Assembly (NCBI GenBank): GCA_963665325.3
Contig: OZ224045.1
Location: 1,536,001 to 1,600,000, forward strand
Length of the DNA stretch: 64,000 bases
Direction of reading: 5' to 3'
DNA from: Alphaproteobacteria bacterium
Lineage (GTDB): Bacteria; Pseudomonadota; Alphaproteobacteria; Bin95
Notes under the pieces: model-generated
What the model saw: the letters and a program-made list of their open reading frames with translations, nothing else
Told to the model about the DNA's origin: nothing
Database searches by the model: none
Part shown: piece after piece, positions 1 to 8,673 of the stretch
How the letters are laid out: every line of letters begins with the position of its first letter
Numbering within the stretch: the first letter of the stretch is position 1
Translations under genes and position numbers: made by a program

Positions 1-57
1 GCGAAGCCCCGGATGCGGTTCGCATTCGCGGACGCCGAGCCGGGACAGGCGGCCTGA
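1..57 (+). CDS. 3' end of an upstream gene (possibly the DUF3306-type gene of FDH accessory clusters), partial
   Basis: Open frame AKPRMRFAFADAEPGQAA ends in TGA at 55-57, just before the TorD-family gene; family guessed from context only. Confidence 0.35.
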   Translation, partial: AKPRMRFAFADAEPGQAA

Positions 58-61
58 GGCG

Positions 62-685
62 ATGGGAGAGTCGATGACGGCAGAAGCGGCATACGGCGTG
101 GAGATCGCGGAAGAGGACCGGCTCAGGGCCGACCTCTACGATTTTCTCGGCGCGCTGCTGGCCCGGGCTCCGGAGCGGGCGCTGCTGGACAAGTCGGCTG
201 CACTGGCCGGCGACGACGGCGAGCTCGGCCGCGCCATCCATGCGCTTGCGCGGGTCGCCGGAGCGATGACCGAAAGGGCGGTGGAGAGCGAATACACCGC
301 ATTGTTCATCGGTGTGGGACGCGGCGAACTGCTGCCCTATGCCAGCTACTACCTGACGGGTTTCCTCAACGAAAAACCGCTGGCGACGCTGCGCAACGAC
401 ATGGCCGGTCTCGGCATACAGCGCGCATTCGCCGTGTATGAACCCGAGGACCATATCGCCAGCCTGATGGAGATGATGGCGGGCATGATCTCCGGGCGCT
501 TCGGCGAGCCGGTCACGCTCGAGGAGACCAGGCGGTTCTTCAACAGGCACATCGCCCCTTGGGCGGGGCATTTCTTCACGGATTTGGAAAGCGCACGGAA
601 CTCGGTCTTCTACGCGCCCGTCGGTTCTGCGGGACGGGCGTTCATGGAGATCGAGAAAGAAGCTTTTCGAATGATGGCGGGCTAG
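62..685 (+). CDS. TorD/DmsD-family molybdoenzyme maturation chaperone
   Basis: PYASYY and EPEDH motifs; directly upstream of the formate dehydrogenase genes; start could be ATG 74. Confidence 0.9.
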   Translation: MGESMTAEAAYGVEIAEEDRLRADLYDFLGALLARAPERALLDKSAALAGDDGELGRAIHALARVAGAMTERAVESEYTALFIGVGRGELLPYASYYLTGFLNEKPLATLRNDMAGLGIQRAFAVYEPEDHIASLMEMMAGMISGRFGEPVTLEETRRFFNRHIAPWAGHFFTDLESARNSVFYAPVGSAGRAFMEIEKEAFRMMAG

Positions 686-742
686 CCCGCAACAAGACGA
701 CCCGTCGCGCAGACGGGCCGAACGAAGAGGAGGAGCAGACGC

Positions 743-934
743 ATGAGCAGCAGAACGGACGGCGAGAAGGCCAATCGCCGGGACTTTCTGAAGCTCGCAT
801 CGGTATCGGTGCCCGCAGCCGCGGTGGCGGTAGTGGCGGGCGGCGCGGCCGAAGCGGCGGTCCCGGACGAGAAGGGCGAGCGGATGCAGGATACCCCGCA
901 TACGCGCGCCTATTACGAAAGCGCCCGTTTCTGA
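743..934 (+). CDS. small twin-arginine (Tat) signal protein of the formate dehydrogenase cluster
   Basis: NRRDFLK Tat motif, C-terminal HTRAYYESARF, strong GAGGAGGAG RBS. Confidence 0.85.
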   Translation: MSSRTDGEKANRRDFLKLASVSVPAAAVAVVAGGAAEAAVPDEKGERMQDTPHTRAYYESARF

Positions 935-1044
935 CGGACGTGTCTCGCCGAGGCATGGCCAAAGGTTGCGAGACGCCCGGCGGCCATCGGCATGACGAAC
1001 CCGGCGGACCGGCCAGCGGCCGGAACGCCTGACGGAGGAACAAG

Positions 1045-3939
1045 ATGCTCAGGAAAAAGACCAACGGGGTTGCGAGACGCCCCCAGCGGACTTCGATCCT
1101 GCCCAACATTTCGGAGGCATCGGTCGACCGGCGGACCTTCCTGCGGGGCTCGGGCCTCGCGATCGGAGGCCTGGCCGCCATCGGTGCTGCCGGCGGCATG
1201 GTGACGAGGGCCGAAGCGCAACAGGCGGCAATGGGCGCAAGCGCGACCGCGAAGTCCGTCTGCACGCACTGCTCGGTCGGTTGCACCGTGATCGCCGAAG
1301 TCGATAACGGCGTGTGGGTCGGACAGGAACCCGGGTGGGACAGCCCGTTCAACCTCGGCGCGCATTGCGCCAAGGGCGCGGCCGTGCGCGAGCATGCGAA
1401 TGGCGAACGCCGCCTCAAATACCCCATGAAGAAAGAGGGCGGCGAGTGGAAGCGCATCAGCTGGGACCAGGCGATCGACGAGATCGGCGACGGCATGATG
1501 TCCATTCGCGAACAGAGCGGCCCGGACAGCGTCTACTGGCTGGGATCGGCGAAGTTCAGCAATGAGCAGGCCTACCTGTTCCGCAAGTTCGCGGCCTACT
1601 GGGGCACGAACAATGTGGACCACCAGGCCCGCATCTGCCACTCGACCACGGTTGCAGGCGTTGCGAACACATGGGGCTACGGCGCCATGACCAACTCCTA
1701 CAACGACATCCACAAGAGCCGTGCGATCTTCCTCATCGGCGGCAACCCCGCGGAGGCGCATCCGGTATCGCTGCTGCATGTGCTCCGGGCCAAGGAGCAG
1801 AACAACGCTCCGTTGATCGTGTGCGACCCGCGCTTCACGCGCACCGCCGCCCACGCCGACGAGTATGTCCGCTTCCGGCCTGGCACCGACGTGGCGCTCA
1901 TCTGGGGCATTCTCTGGCACATCTTCGAGAACGGGTGGGAGGACAAGGAGTTCATCCGCACCCGCGTCTGGGGCATGGACCAGATCCGCGAAGAGGTCGC
2001 CAAGTGGACGCCTGAGGAAGTGGAGCGCGTGACCGGCACGCCCGGCTCGCAGCTTCGCCGCGTCGCCCGCACGATGGCGAACAACCGTCCCGGCACCGTG
2101 ATCTGGTGCATGGGCGGCACCCAGCACACCCAAGGCAACAACAACACGCGCGCCTACTGCGTGTTGCAGCTCGCGCTGGGCAACATGGGCACCTCCGGCG
2201 GCGGCACCAACATCTTCCGCGGCCACGACAATGTGCAGGGCGCCACCGACCTCGGCATCCTGTCGCACACGCTGCCCGGCTATTACGGCCTTTCGGGCGG
2301 CGCCTGGGCCCACTGGGCGCGTGTCTGGGAAGAGGAGCTCGACTGGCTGAAGGGCCAGTTCGCGATGCTCGAAGGCGCTGACGGCAAGAAGAAGCCGCTG
2401 ATGAACCTGAAGGGCATCCCGGTGTCCCGCTGGATCGACGGCGTGCTCGAAGACAAGGCGAACATGGACCAGCCGGACAATGTCCGGGCCATGGTGCTTT
2501 GGGGCCATGCGCCGAACTCGCAGACCCGCGGCAAGGAAATGAAGACCGCGATGGAGAAGCTGGACATGCTGGTCGTGATCGACCCGTATCCCACCGTCTC
2601 CGCCGTGCTTCACGACCGCACCGACGGCGTCTATCTGCTGCCGGCCTCGACGCAGTTCGAGACCTACGGGTCCGTTACCGCATCGAACCGCTCGATCCAG
2701 TGGCGCGACAAGGTGGTGGATCCCGTGTTCGAGAGCCTGCCCGACCAGAACATCATGGCGAAGTTCGCCAAGAAGTTCGGCTGGGCGGACCGCTTCTTCC
2801 GCAACATCAAGGTGGAAGAGGGCGACGCTCCGCTGGTCGAGGACATCACGGGCGAGATCAACCGCGGCATGTGGACGATCGGCTACACCGGCCAGTCGCC
2901 GGAGCGGATCAAGCTGCATATGGCCAACCAGCACACCTTCGACAGGACGACGTTGCAGGCGGTTGGCGGTCCCGCCGACGGTGACTATTACGGCATGCCC
3001 TGGCCTTCCTGGGGTCCGCCGGAAATGGGCCACCCCGGCACGCCCAACCTCTACGACATGTCAAAGCCGGTGGCAGAAGGCGGTCTGACCTTCCGCGCCC
3101 GGTTCGGCGTGGAGCGCAACGGCGAGAACCTGCTGGCGGAAGGTGTCTATTCGGTCGGCTCCGAGATCCAGGACGGCTATCCCGAGTTCACCATGCAGAT
3201 GCTGATGGACCTCGGGTGGGACGGGGATCTGACGGACGCCGAGCGGGCGGCCATCGACGCCGTGGCAGGGCCGAAGACCAACTGGAAGACCGACCTCTCG
3301 GGCGGCATCCAGCGGGTCGCGATCAAGCATGGCTGTGCGCCGTTCGGCAACGCCAAGGCGCGGACCGTGGTGTGGAACTTCCCGGATCCGGTGCCTCTGC
3401 ACCGCGAGCCGCTCTACACCCCGCGGCGCGACCTGGTGGCGGACTATCCGACCTATGAGGACCGGAAGTTCTACCGCTTGCCGACCATGTATGCCTCGAT
3501 CCAGAAGCAGGATTTCTCGAAGGACTACCCGATGATCCTGACTTCGGGCCGCCTCGTGGAATATGAGGGCGGTGGCGAGGAATCGCGGTCGAACAAGTGG
3601 CTCGCCGAGCTCCAGCAGGACATGTTCGTGGAGGTCAACCCGAAGGACGCCAACGATCTCGGGCTGCGCAACGGCGCGCAGGTCTGGGTCGAGGGCGCGG
3701 AGGGCGCCAGGGTCAAGGTCATGGCCATGGTCACCAACCGTGTCGGTGTCGGTGTCGCCTTCATGCCCTTCCACTTCGGCGGGCATTTCGAAGGTGCGGA
3801 CCTGAGGCACAAATATCCCGAAGGTGCCGATCCCTTCGTGCTGGGCGAAAGCTCCAACACGGCGCAGACCTACGGCTATGACTCAGTCACGCAGATGCAG
3901 GAGACCAAGACCACTCTCTGCAAGATCTACGCGGCCTGA
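1045..3939 (+). CDS. fdhA: formate dehydrogenase alpha (catalytic Mo/W-bisPGD) subunit, Cys-type
   Basis: Tat motif DRRTFLR; 4Fe-4S motif CTHCSVGC...CAKG; active-site QARICHSTT; RGHDNVQG. Confidence 0.95.
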   Translation: MLRKKTNGVARRPQRTSILPNISEASVDRRTFLRGSGLAIGGLAAIGAAGGMVTRAEAQQAAMGASATAKSVCTHCSVGCTVIAEVDNGVWVGQEPGWDSPFNLGAHCAKGAAVREHANGERRLKYPMKKEGGEWKRISWDQAIDEIGDGMMSIREQSGPDSVYWLGSAKFSNEQAYLFRKFAAYWGTNNVDHQARICHSTTVAGVANTWGYGAMTNSYNDIHKSRAIFLIGGNPAEAHPVSLLHVLRAKEQNNAPLIVCDPRFTRTAAHADEYVRFRPGTDVALIWGILWHIFENGWEDKEFIRTRVWGMDQIREEVAKWTPEEVERVTGTPGSQLRRVARTMANNRPGTVIWCMGGTQHTQGNNNTRAYCVLQLALGNMGTSGGGTNIFRGHDNVQGATDLGILSHTLPGYYGLSGGAWAHWARVWEEELDWLKGQFAMLEGADGKKKPLMNLKGIPVSRWIDGVLEDKANMDQPDNVRAMVLWGHAPNSQTRGKEMKTAMEKLDMLVVIDPYPTVSAVLHDRTDGVYLLPASTQFETYGSVTASNRSIQWRDKVVDPVFESLPDQNIMAKFAKKFGWADRFFRNIKVEEGDAPLVEDITGEINRGMWTIGYTGQSPERIKLHMANQHTFDRTTLQAVGGPADGDYYGMPWPSWGPPEMGHPGTPNLYDMSKPVAEGGLTFRARFGVERNGENLLAEGVYSVGSEIQDGYPEFTMQMLMDLGWDGDLTDAERAAIDAVAGPKTNWKTDLSGGIQRVAIKHGCAPFGNAKARTVVWNFPDPVPLHREPLYTPRRDLVADYPTYEDRKFYRLPTMYASIQKQDFSKDYPMILTSGRLVEYEGGGEESRSNKWLAELQQDMFVEVNPKDANDLGLRNGAQVWVEGAEGARVKVMAMVTNRVGVGVAFMPFHFGGHFEGADLRHKYPEGADPFVLGESSNTAQTYGYDSVTQMQETKTTLCKIYAA

Positions 3940-3953
3940 GGGAGGAGAAGGAG

Positions 3954-4547
3954 ATGGCAAGAGCTAAATTTCTCTGCGACGCCGAACGTTGCATTGAATG
4001 CAACGCCTGCGTCACCGCGTGCAAGAACGAGCACGAGGTGCCGTGGGGGATCAATCGGCGCCGGGTTGTAACCATCAACGATGGCAACCCGGGCGAGCGG
4101 TCGATCTCCGTGGCGTGCATGCACTGTTCGGATGCGCCCTGCATGGCCGTGTGCCCGGTGGACTGCTTCTACCAGAACGAGGAAGGGGTGGTCCTGCACT
4201 CCAAGGACCTCTGCATCGGTTGCGGCTACTGCTTCTATGCGTGCCCGTTCGGCGCGCCGCAGTTCCCGCAGGCGGGCAATTTCGGGTCCCGGGGCAAGAT
4301 GGACAAATGCACCTTCTGCGCCGGCGGACCGGAAGAGACCCACTCGACCGCCGAGTTCGCCAAGTACGGGCGTAACCGGATCGCGGAAGGCAAGCTGCCG
4401 CTCTGCGCCGAGATGTGCTCGACCAAGGCGCTGCTGGCGGGCGACGGCGACGTCGTCTCGGGCATCTACCGCGAGCGCGTGGTGGCCCGGGGCTTCGGTT
4501 CCGGCGCCTGGGGCTGGGGCACGGCCTACGGCCAGAAGGGCTCCTGA
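3954..4547 (+). CDS. fdhB: formate dehydrogenase beta (4Fe-4S) subunit
   Basis: Four ferredoxin-type Cys clusters (CIECNACVTAC, CMHCSDAPC, CIGCGYCFYAC, KCTFC). Confidence 0.95.
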   Translation: MARAKFLCDAERCIECNACVTACKNEHEVPWGINRRRVVTINDGNPGERSISVACMHCSDAPCMAVCPVDCFYQNEEGVVLHSKDLCIGCGYCFYACPFGAPQFPQAGNFGSRGKMDKCTFCAGGPEETHSTAEFAKYGRNRIAEGKLPLCAEMCSTKALLAGDGDVVSGIYRERVVARGFGSGAWGWGTAYGQKGS

Positions 4548-4560
4548 GGCCCTGAAGCGC

Positions 4561-4608
4561 GGCCGGTCCCGCCAGATCGGGGGACCGGCCCGCCTCCTTG
4601 TTTTTGTT
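4561..4608 (+). terminator. stem-loop plus T-rich tail between fdhB and fdhC (possible internal terminator or stabiliser)
   Basis: GGCCGGTCCC-N10-GGGACCGGCC perfect 10-bp stem followed by CGCCTCCTTGTTTTTGTT. Confidence 0.55.
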
Positions 4609-4671
4609 GCGGAAGGGGCATTGCCCCTGGCCGCCGTCGCGTCCGGTCGATTTCGTCGGGAGTCCTGGAAC

Positions 4672-5886
4672 ATGACGCTGCTGCGCCTGCCGATGTTCAC
4701 GATCTTCGCCGCGTTGCTGTTCATGGCAACGCCGTCTGCAGCCCAGCAGGCGGGCGATAACAGTCCCCGGGCAACGACAGGCGGGGCGCAGACGCTTGAG
4801 GACATTCTTGCCCGGCAACGGGGAGAGCCTATCGACGACCGCTTCCGCCGCGAGGCCGTCGGAGACCCGGCGCGCGCCGCCGGCATCCGAATGCAGCTCG
4901 GCACGCTGGGCGGCGCCTCGGATTCGGAAGTCTTCCGCGCGCTCCGCTACGGCGGCGCCGATGTGACGGTTTCAGCCAGGGGGCCCGCCTCCGAGGTGGT
5001 CATACAGGACGGCGGCATGCGCTGGCTCGAGTGGCGCAAAGGGCCGCTGCGCGAGTGGGGCGGCTGGCTCCTTGCGGGCATGGTCGGGCTGCTGGCGCTT
5101 TTCCTGCTGCTGCGCGGGCCGATCCGCATCGACGGCGGCCGGTCCGGAGAGACCATTCTGCGCTTCAACGCGCTGGAACGGTTCGGGCACTGGCTGCTTG
5201 CCGGCTCGTTCATCCTGCTGGCGATCAGCGGGCTCATCACGCTGTTCGGGCGTCCGCTGCTGATACCGCTGCTCGGCAAGGACGCCTTCGCGCCCATCGC
5301 GCTCGCGTCCAAGTGGGTCCACAACAATGTCGCCTGGGCGTTCATGCTGGCGCTGGTGTGGGTGTTCGTGTTCTGGATCGTCCACAACATCCCGAACCGC
5401 GCCGACCTCGTCTGGATGGCGAAGGGCGGCGGACTCTTCATGCGCGGCAGCCACCCGCCGGCGCGCAAGTTCAATGCCGGCCAGAAAGTCATCTTCTGGG
5501 CGGTGGTCATCCTCGGCCTCTCGATCTCGGCGTCCGGTCTGTCGCTGCTGTTCCCGTTCGAAATGCCGATGTTCGCCAAGACCTTCGACATATTGAACAC
5601 GCTCGGCCTGTCACAGGCATTGGGCTTTGGCGAGTTGCCGACGGAGCTCGCCCCGCATGCGGAGATGCAATACGCGCAGCTCTGGCACTCGATCGTCGCC
5701 TTCGTCTTCATCGCGATCATCATCGCGCACATCTATCTGGGCTCGATCGGGATGGAAGGCGCGTTCGACGCCATGGAATCGGGTCAGGTGGACCGGCAGT
5801 GGGCGAGGGAACACCATTCGATCTGGTTCGAGGAGGAGACCGGAGAGCCGGCTCATCCTGCCCATGAGGCTCCGCCGGCGGAATGA
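4672..5886 (+). CDS. fdhC: formate dehydrogenase gamma (cytochrome b) subunit
   Basis: Signal peptide, RFNALERFGHW, KFNAGQK, IIAHIYLG, WAREHH; start re-set to ATG 4672 within track ORF 4081..5886. Confidence 0.92.
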   Translation: MTLLRLPMFTIFAALLFMATPSAAQQAGDNSPRATTGGAQTLEDILARQRGEPIDDRFRREAVGDPARAAGIRMQLGTLGGASDSEVFRALRYGGADVTVSARGPASEVVIQDGGMRWLEWRKGPLREWGGWLLAGMVGLLALFLLLRGPIRIDGGRSGETILRFNALERFGHWLLAGSFILLAISGLITLFGRPLLIPLLGKDAFAPIALASKWVHNNVAWAFMLALVWVFVFWIVHNIPNRADLVWMAKGGGLFMRGSHPPARKFNAGQKVIFWAVVILGLSISASGLSLLFPFEMPMFAKTFDILNTLGLSQALGFGELPTELAPHAEMQYAQLWHSIVAFVFIAIIIAHIYLGSIGMEGAFDAMESGQVDRQWAREHHSIWFEEETGEPAHPAHEAPPAE

Positions 5887-5901
5887 CGCCGGACGCCTGA
5901 C

Positions 5902-7212
5902 ATGCGGCTCCGGGCGCTTCTGACGGCCTTGGCCCTGCTGCCCTGCGCCGCCGCCCCGGCCGGGGACTTCTTCAAGCTGACGGGGCATGGCGGTCCTGTC
6001 CGGGGGATCGACGTGTCGCCGGACGGCCGGCAGGTGCTCACGGCGAGTTTCGACTATTCGGTGGGGCTGTGGCGGTCGGGGTCGCCGGTCTGGCTCGAGG
6101 CGCACGATGCGGCGGTGAACGCCGTGCGCTTCATCGACGACAGGCGCGCGGTCTCCGCCGGCGACGACAACGACGTCCGACTCTGGAACCTGGAGCGGGG
6201 CGCGCCGCGACGCCTCGGCAGCCACAAGGCGAAGGTGGTGTCGCTGGCGCTCTCGCCGGACCGGGGCCTGATTGCCTCGGCAAGCTGGGACGGACGCATC
6301 GGCCTCTGGCCCGTAGGCAGTGGCGCGACGCGGTTTCTCAAGGGCCATACCGCCGGCGTCAACGACGTGGTCTTCTCCGAGGACGGTACACGCCTCTATT
6401 CCGCCTCGACCGACGGGACGATCCGTGTCTGGGACCATGCGCGCGGCGTGCAGACGCGGCACATCCTGGAAGGGCGGTTCGGCATCAACACGCTGGCGCT
6501 GGACGAGGCCGAAGGCTGGCTCGCCTATGGCGGGGTGGACGGCGCGACCCGCATCCTGGACCTGGAGACGGGCCGCGAGATCGCAGACTTCACGCTCCAG
6601 CGCCGCCCGATCCTGGCGATGGCCTTCGACCGGGAAGGCGGCACGCTGGCGGTCGGCGACGGCGAGGGCTTCATCAAGGTGATCGACAGCCGGCGGTGGA
6701 CGGTGCTGCGCGACTTCCGCGCGGCTCTGCGCGGGCCGGTCTGGGCGCTCGCCTTCTCGGCCGACGGCGAGGACATCCTCGCGGGCGGCATCGACGATGC
6801 GCTTTACAGCTGGCCGATAGCGGCGCTGGGCGCGGGCGGCCTGATGGCCGGCGGCGACCGCAGCTTCCTGCGCGACCCGGCGAGCATGGGCAATGGAGAG
6901 CGGCAGTTCCAGCGCAAGTGCTCGATCTGCCATACGCTGGGGCCCGAGGGCCTCAGGCGCGCGGGCCCGACGCTCTTCGGCGTTTTCGGGCGCCCGGCGG
7001 GGGGCGTTCCGGGCTATAAGTATTCGCGAACCTTGCGCGAGGCGGAGTTCGTGTGGAACGAGGACACCATCGACGCGCTGTTCGACGAGGGGCCGGACCG
7101 GTTCGTGCCCGGCACCAAGATGCCGATGCAGCGTATCGCCAGGCCGGCCGACCGCAGCGACCTGATTGCGTTCCTGAAGCACGCGACGAGGGAAGGAGGA
7201 CGCCAGAGATGA
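5902..7212 (+). CDS. exported WD40 beta-propeller fused to a C-terminal class I cytochrome c
   Basis: Signal peptide, repeated GH...WD-type units, CSICH heme motif, GPTLFGV and PGTKMP. Confidence 0.88.
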   Translation: MRLRALLTALALLPCAAAPAGDFFKLTGHGGPVRGIDVSPDGRQVLTASFDYSVGLWRSGSPVWLEAHDAAVNAVRFIDDRRAVSAGDDNDVRLWNLERGAPRRLGSHKAKVVSLALSPDRGLIASASWDGRIGLWPVGSGATRFLKGHTAGVNDVVFSEDGTRLYSASTDGTIRVWDHARGVQTRHILEGRFGINTLALDEAEGWLAYGGVDGATRILDLETGREIADFTLQRRPILAMAFDREGGTLAVGDGEGFIKVIDSRRWTVLRDFRAALRGPVWALAFSADGEDILAGGIDDALYSWPIAALGAGGLMAGGDRSFLRDPASMGNGERQFQRKCSICHTLGPEGLRRAGPTLFGVFGRPAGGVPGYKYSRTLREAEFVWNEDTIDALFDEGPDRFVPGTKMPMQRIARPADRSDLIAFLKHATREGGRQR

Positions 7213-7331
7213 GAGCCATGCTGATCGCATTCCTGGCCATGGCGGTCATTGCCGTGGTCGCCGATCTGGCGCTGGACTATTCCGGCTTTGCCACAGCCGA
7301 GGTCACCGCCGGCCCCGCCGTCCGGAATTAG
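7209..7331 (+). CDS. 40-aa membrane-anchored hypothetical protein
   Basis: ATGA overlap with the previous gene, GGAGGA RBS, MRAMLIAFLAMAVIAVVADLALD hydrophobic helix. Confidence 0.7.
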   Translation: MRAMLIAFLAMAVIAVVADLALDYSGFATAEVTAGPAVRN

Positions 7332-7418
7332 CGAAAACCGGGCGTATGCGGGTTTCCCGCTCCGCCCGTGCGTCGGATCGGGTGACAGCTTCTTCCCTCT
7401 CTGCTAGACCCGTGCCCC

Positions 7419-7706
7419 ATGAGTCCTGAGTTGATCGCTATTCTCGCAGTCGGCGTCGCGCTGGCCGGCCTTATCCTGCAAGGCCAAAGCGGCCTCGGCA
7501 GGCGCATGGATCGTCTGGACGGCCGCATGGACCGTCTTGAAGGCCGCATGGACCGCCTGGAAGCGCGCATGGACGGTTTGGACGAGCGACTGCGGGCGGT
7601 CGAGGCCGCCATTGCCGAGATCAAGGGCCAGCTCACCATCGTCCGGGACTATATCGCCGGCCGCAACATGAGGCCGGACGACCCCCCGATAGCCCCCGCG
7701 GAGTAG
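7419..7706 (+). CDS. small membrane-anchored coiled-coil protein
   Basis: N-terminal TM helix followed by heptad repeats RMDRL[DE]G. Confidence 0.75.
   Translation: MSPELIAILAVGVALAGLILQGQSGLGRRMDRLDGRMDRLEGRMDRLEARMDGLDERLRAVEAAIAEIKGQLTIVRDYIAGRNMRPDDPPIAPAE
7503..7586 (+). repeat. 4 x 21-bp coding tandem repeat
   Basis: CGCATGGAY... units with 21-bp period encoding heptads. Confidence 0.85.
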
Positions 7707-7714
7707 TGCCCCGC

Positions 7715-8578
7715 CTACCCGTGCTTCGCCTGCTGGTCGAAGAAGGACGCGGTTGTCGGCAGTTGCGGTAGCTGGAGTTCGAAGGCGGTGGAGCGGATGC
7801 GGCCGCTGCGTTCGCCGCGGACCATCAGGCCCTCATAGCGGTTCGGGACAGGGTTGGGCGAACTCGGCACGGCGTCCTCGGCGCTATAGACCGAGATGTG
7901 CAATGTCCGCGGCCGGGCGGAGCGGTTGGGCGCTGAGCCGTGCAGCAGCCGCGTGTGCATGAGGCAGACGGCGCCGGCCGGCCCCGTGCAGATCACTGCG
8001 GCCTTCTCGCTTTCAGCGGCCACTTCGTCCGCGACCGCGCCGGTGAACGCGCCGCCGTGCCAGAGGCCGTGGATCGGGCCGCGATGCGAGCCGCGCAGCA
8101 CCTTGAGCGGGCCGTTCTCCTCCGTTACCTCGTCCACCATCAGCAGCGCGGTCACGATGTCGTCATTGCTGTGGGGGGTGAACGGGAAGTCCTGGTGCCA
8201 CTTCACTTCCGTGTGCCCGCCGGGCAGCTTGGAGTTGATCTTGGTGTGGTGCAGCTTGACCGCGGGCCCGATCAGGTCGGCGACGCACTCGGTCATCCGG
8301 CTGTCGGCGGTCGCACGGAAATAGGCGTCCGATACCTCGATCGGGGCGTTGACGCGCCGCAGGCCCGGCCGGTCGGCCGAATGGCCCGGCTCCAGGTCGA
8401 ACCGGGGCCGGCCGTCGGCGGTGTCGCCGTAAGGGTCGGCGTGCCGCCGGCTTTCCTCTACCCAGCCGTCGAAATCGCGCCTGAGTTCGGCCAGCAGGGA
8501 GGCGTCCACCGCGTCCTCCACCACGACATAGCCATGCTCCCAAAAGAATTCGCGCTGTCCGGCTTCCAGTTCGGCCAT
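7715..8578 (-). CDS. phytanoyl-CoA dioxygenase (PhyH) family Fe(II)/2-oxoglutarate dioxygenase
   Basis: WHQD, ENGPL, LLHGSAPNRS...R motifs. Confidence 0.9.
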   Translation of the reverse strand: MAELEAGQREFFWEHGYVVVEDAVDASLLAELRRDFDGWVEESRRHADPYGDTADGRPRFDLEPGHSADRPGLRRVNAPIEVSDAYFRATADSRMTECVADLIGPAVKLHHTKINSKLPGGHTEVKWHQDFPFTPHSNDDIVTALLMVDEVTEENGPLKVLRGSHRGPIHGLWHGGAFTGAVADEVAAESEKAAVICTGPAGAVCLMHTRLLHGSAPNRSARPRTLHISVYSAEDAVPSSPNPVPNRYEGLMVRGERSGRIRSTAFELQLPQLPTTASFFDQQAKHG

Positions 8579-8673
8579 GCCCGCCTCCCGGTTTCGGCGG
8601 GGCCGAGTTTAGGCCGTCCGCATTGCCCGCGGAAAGGCTTTCGTCTATCCCGGCTCTCAGGGGAGATCTGAGG

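Noticed and set aside
1636-1638. Selenocysteine in FdhA
   Set aside because: The codon is TGC (Cys); only a relic hairpin is noted
7503-7586. CRISPR-like periodicity (also 42108-42245 and 48295-48330)
   Set aside because: No unique spacers and no cas genes; two of the three are in-frame coding repeats
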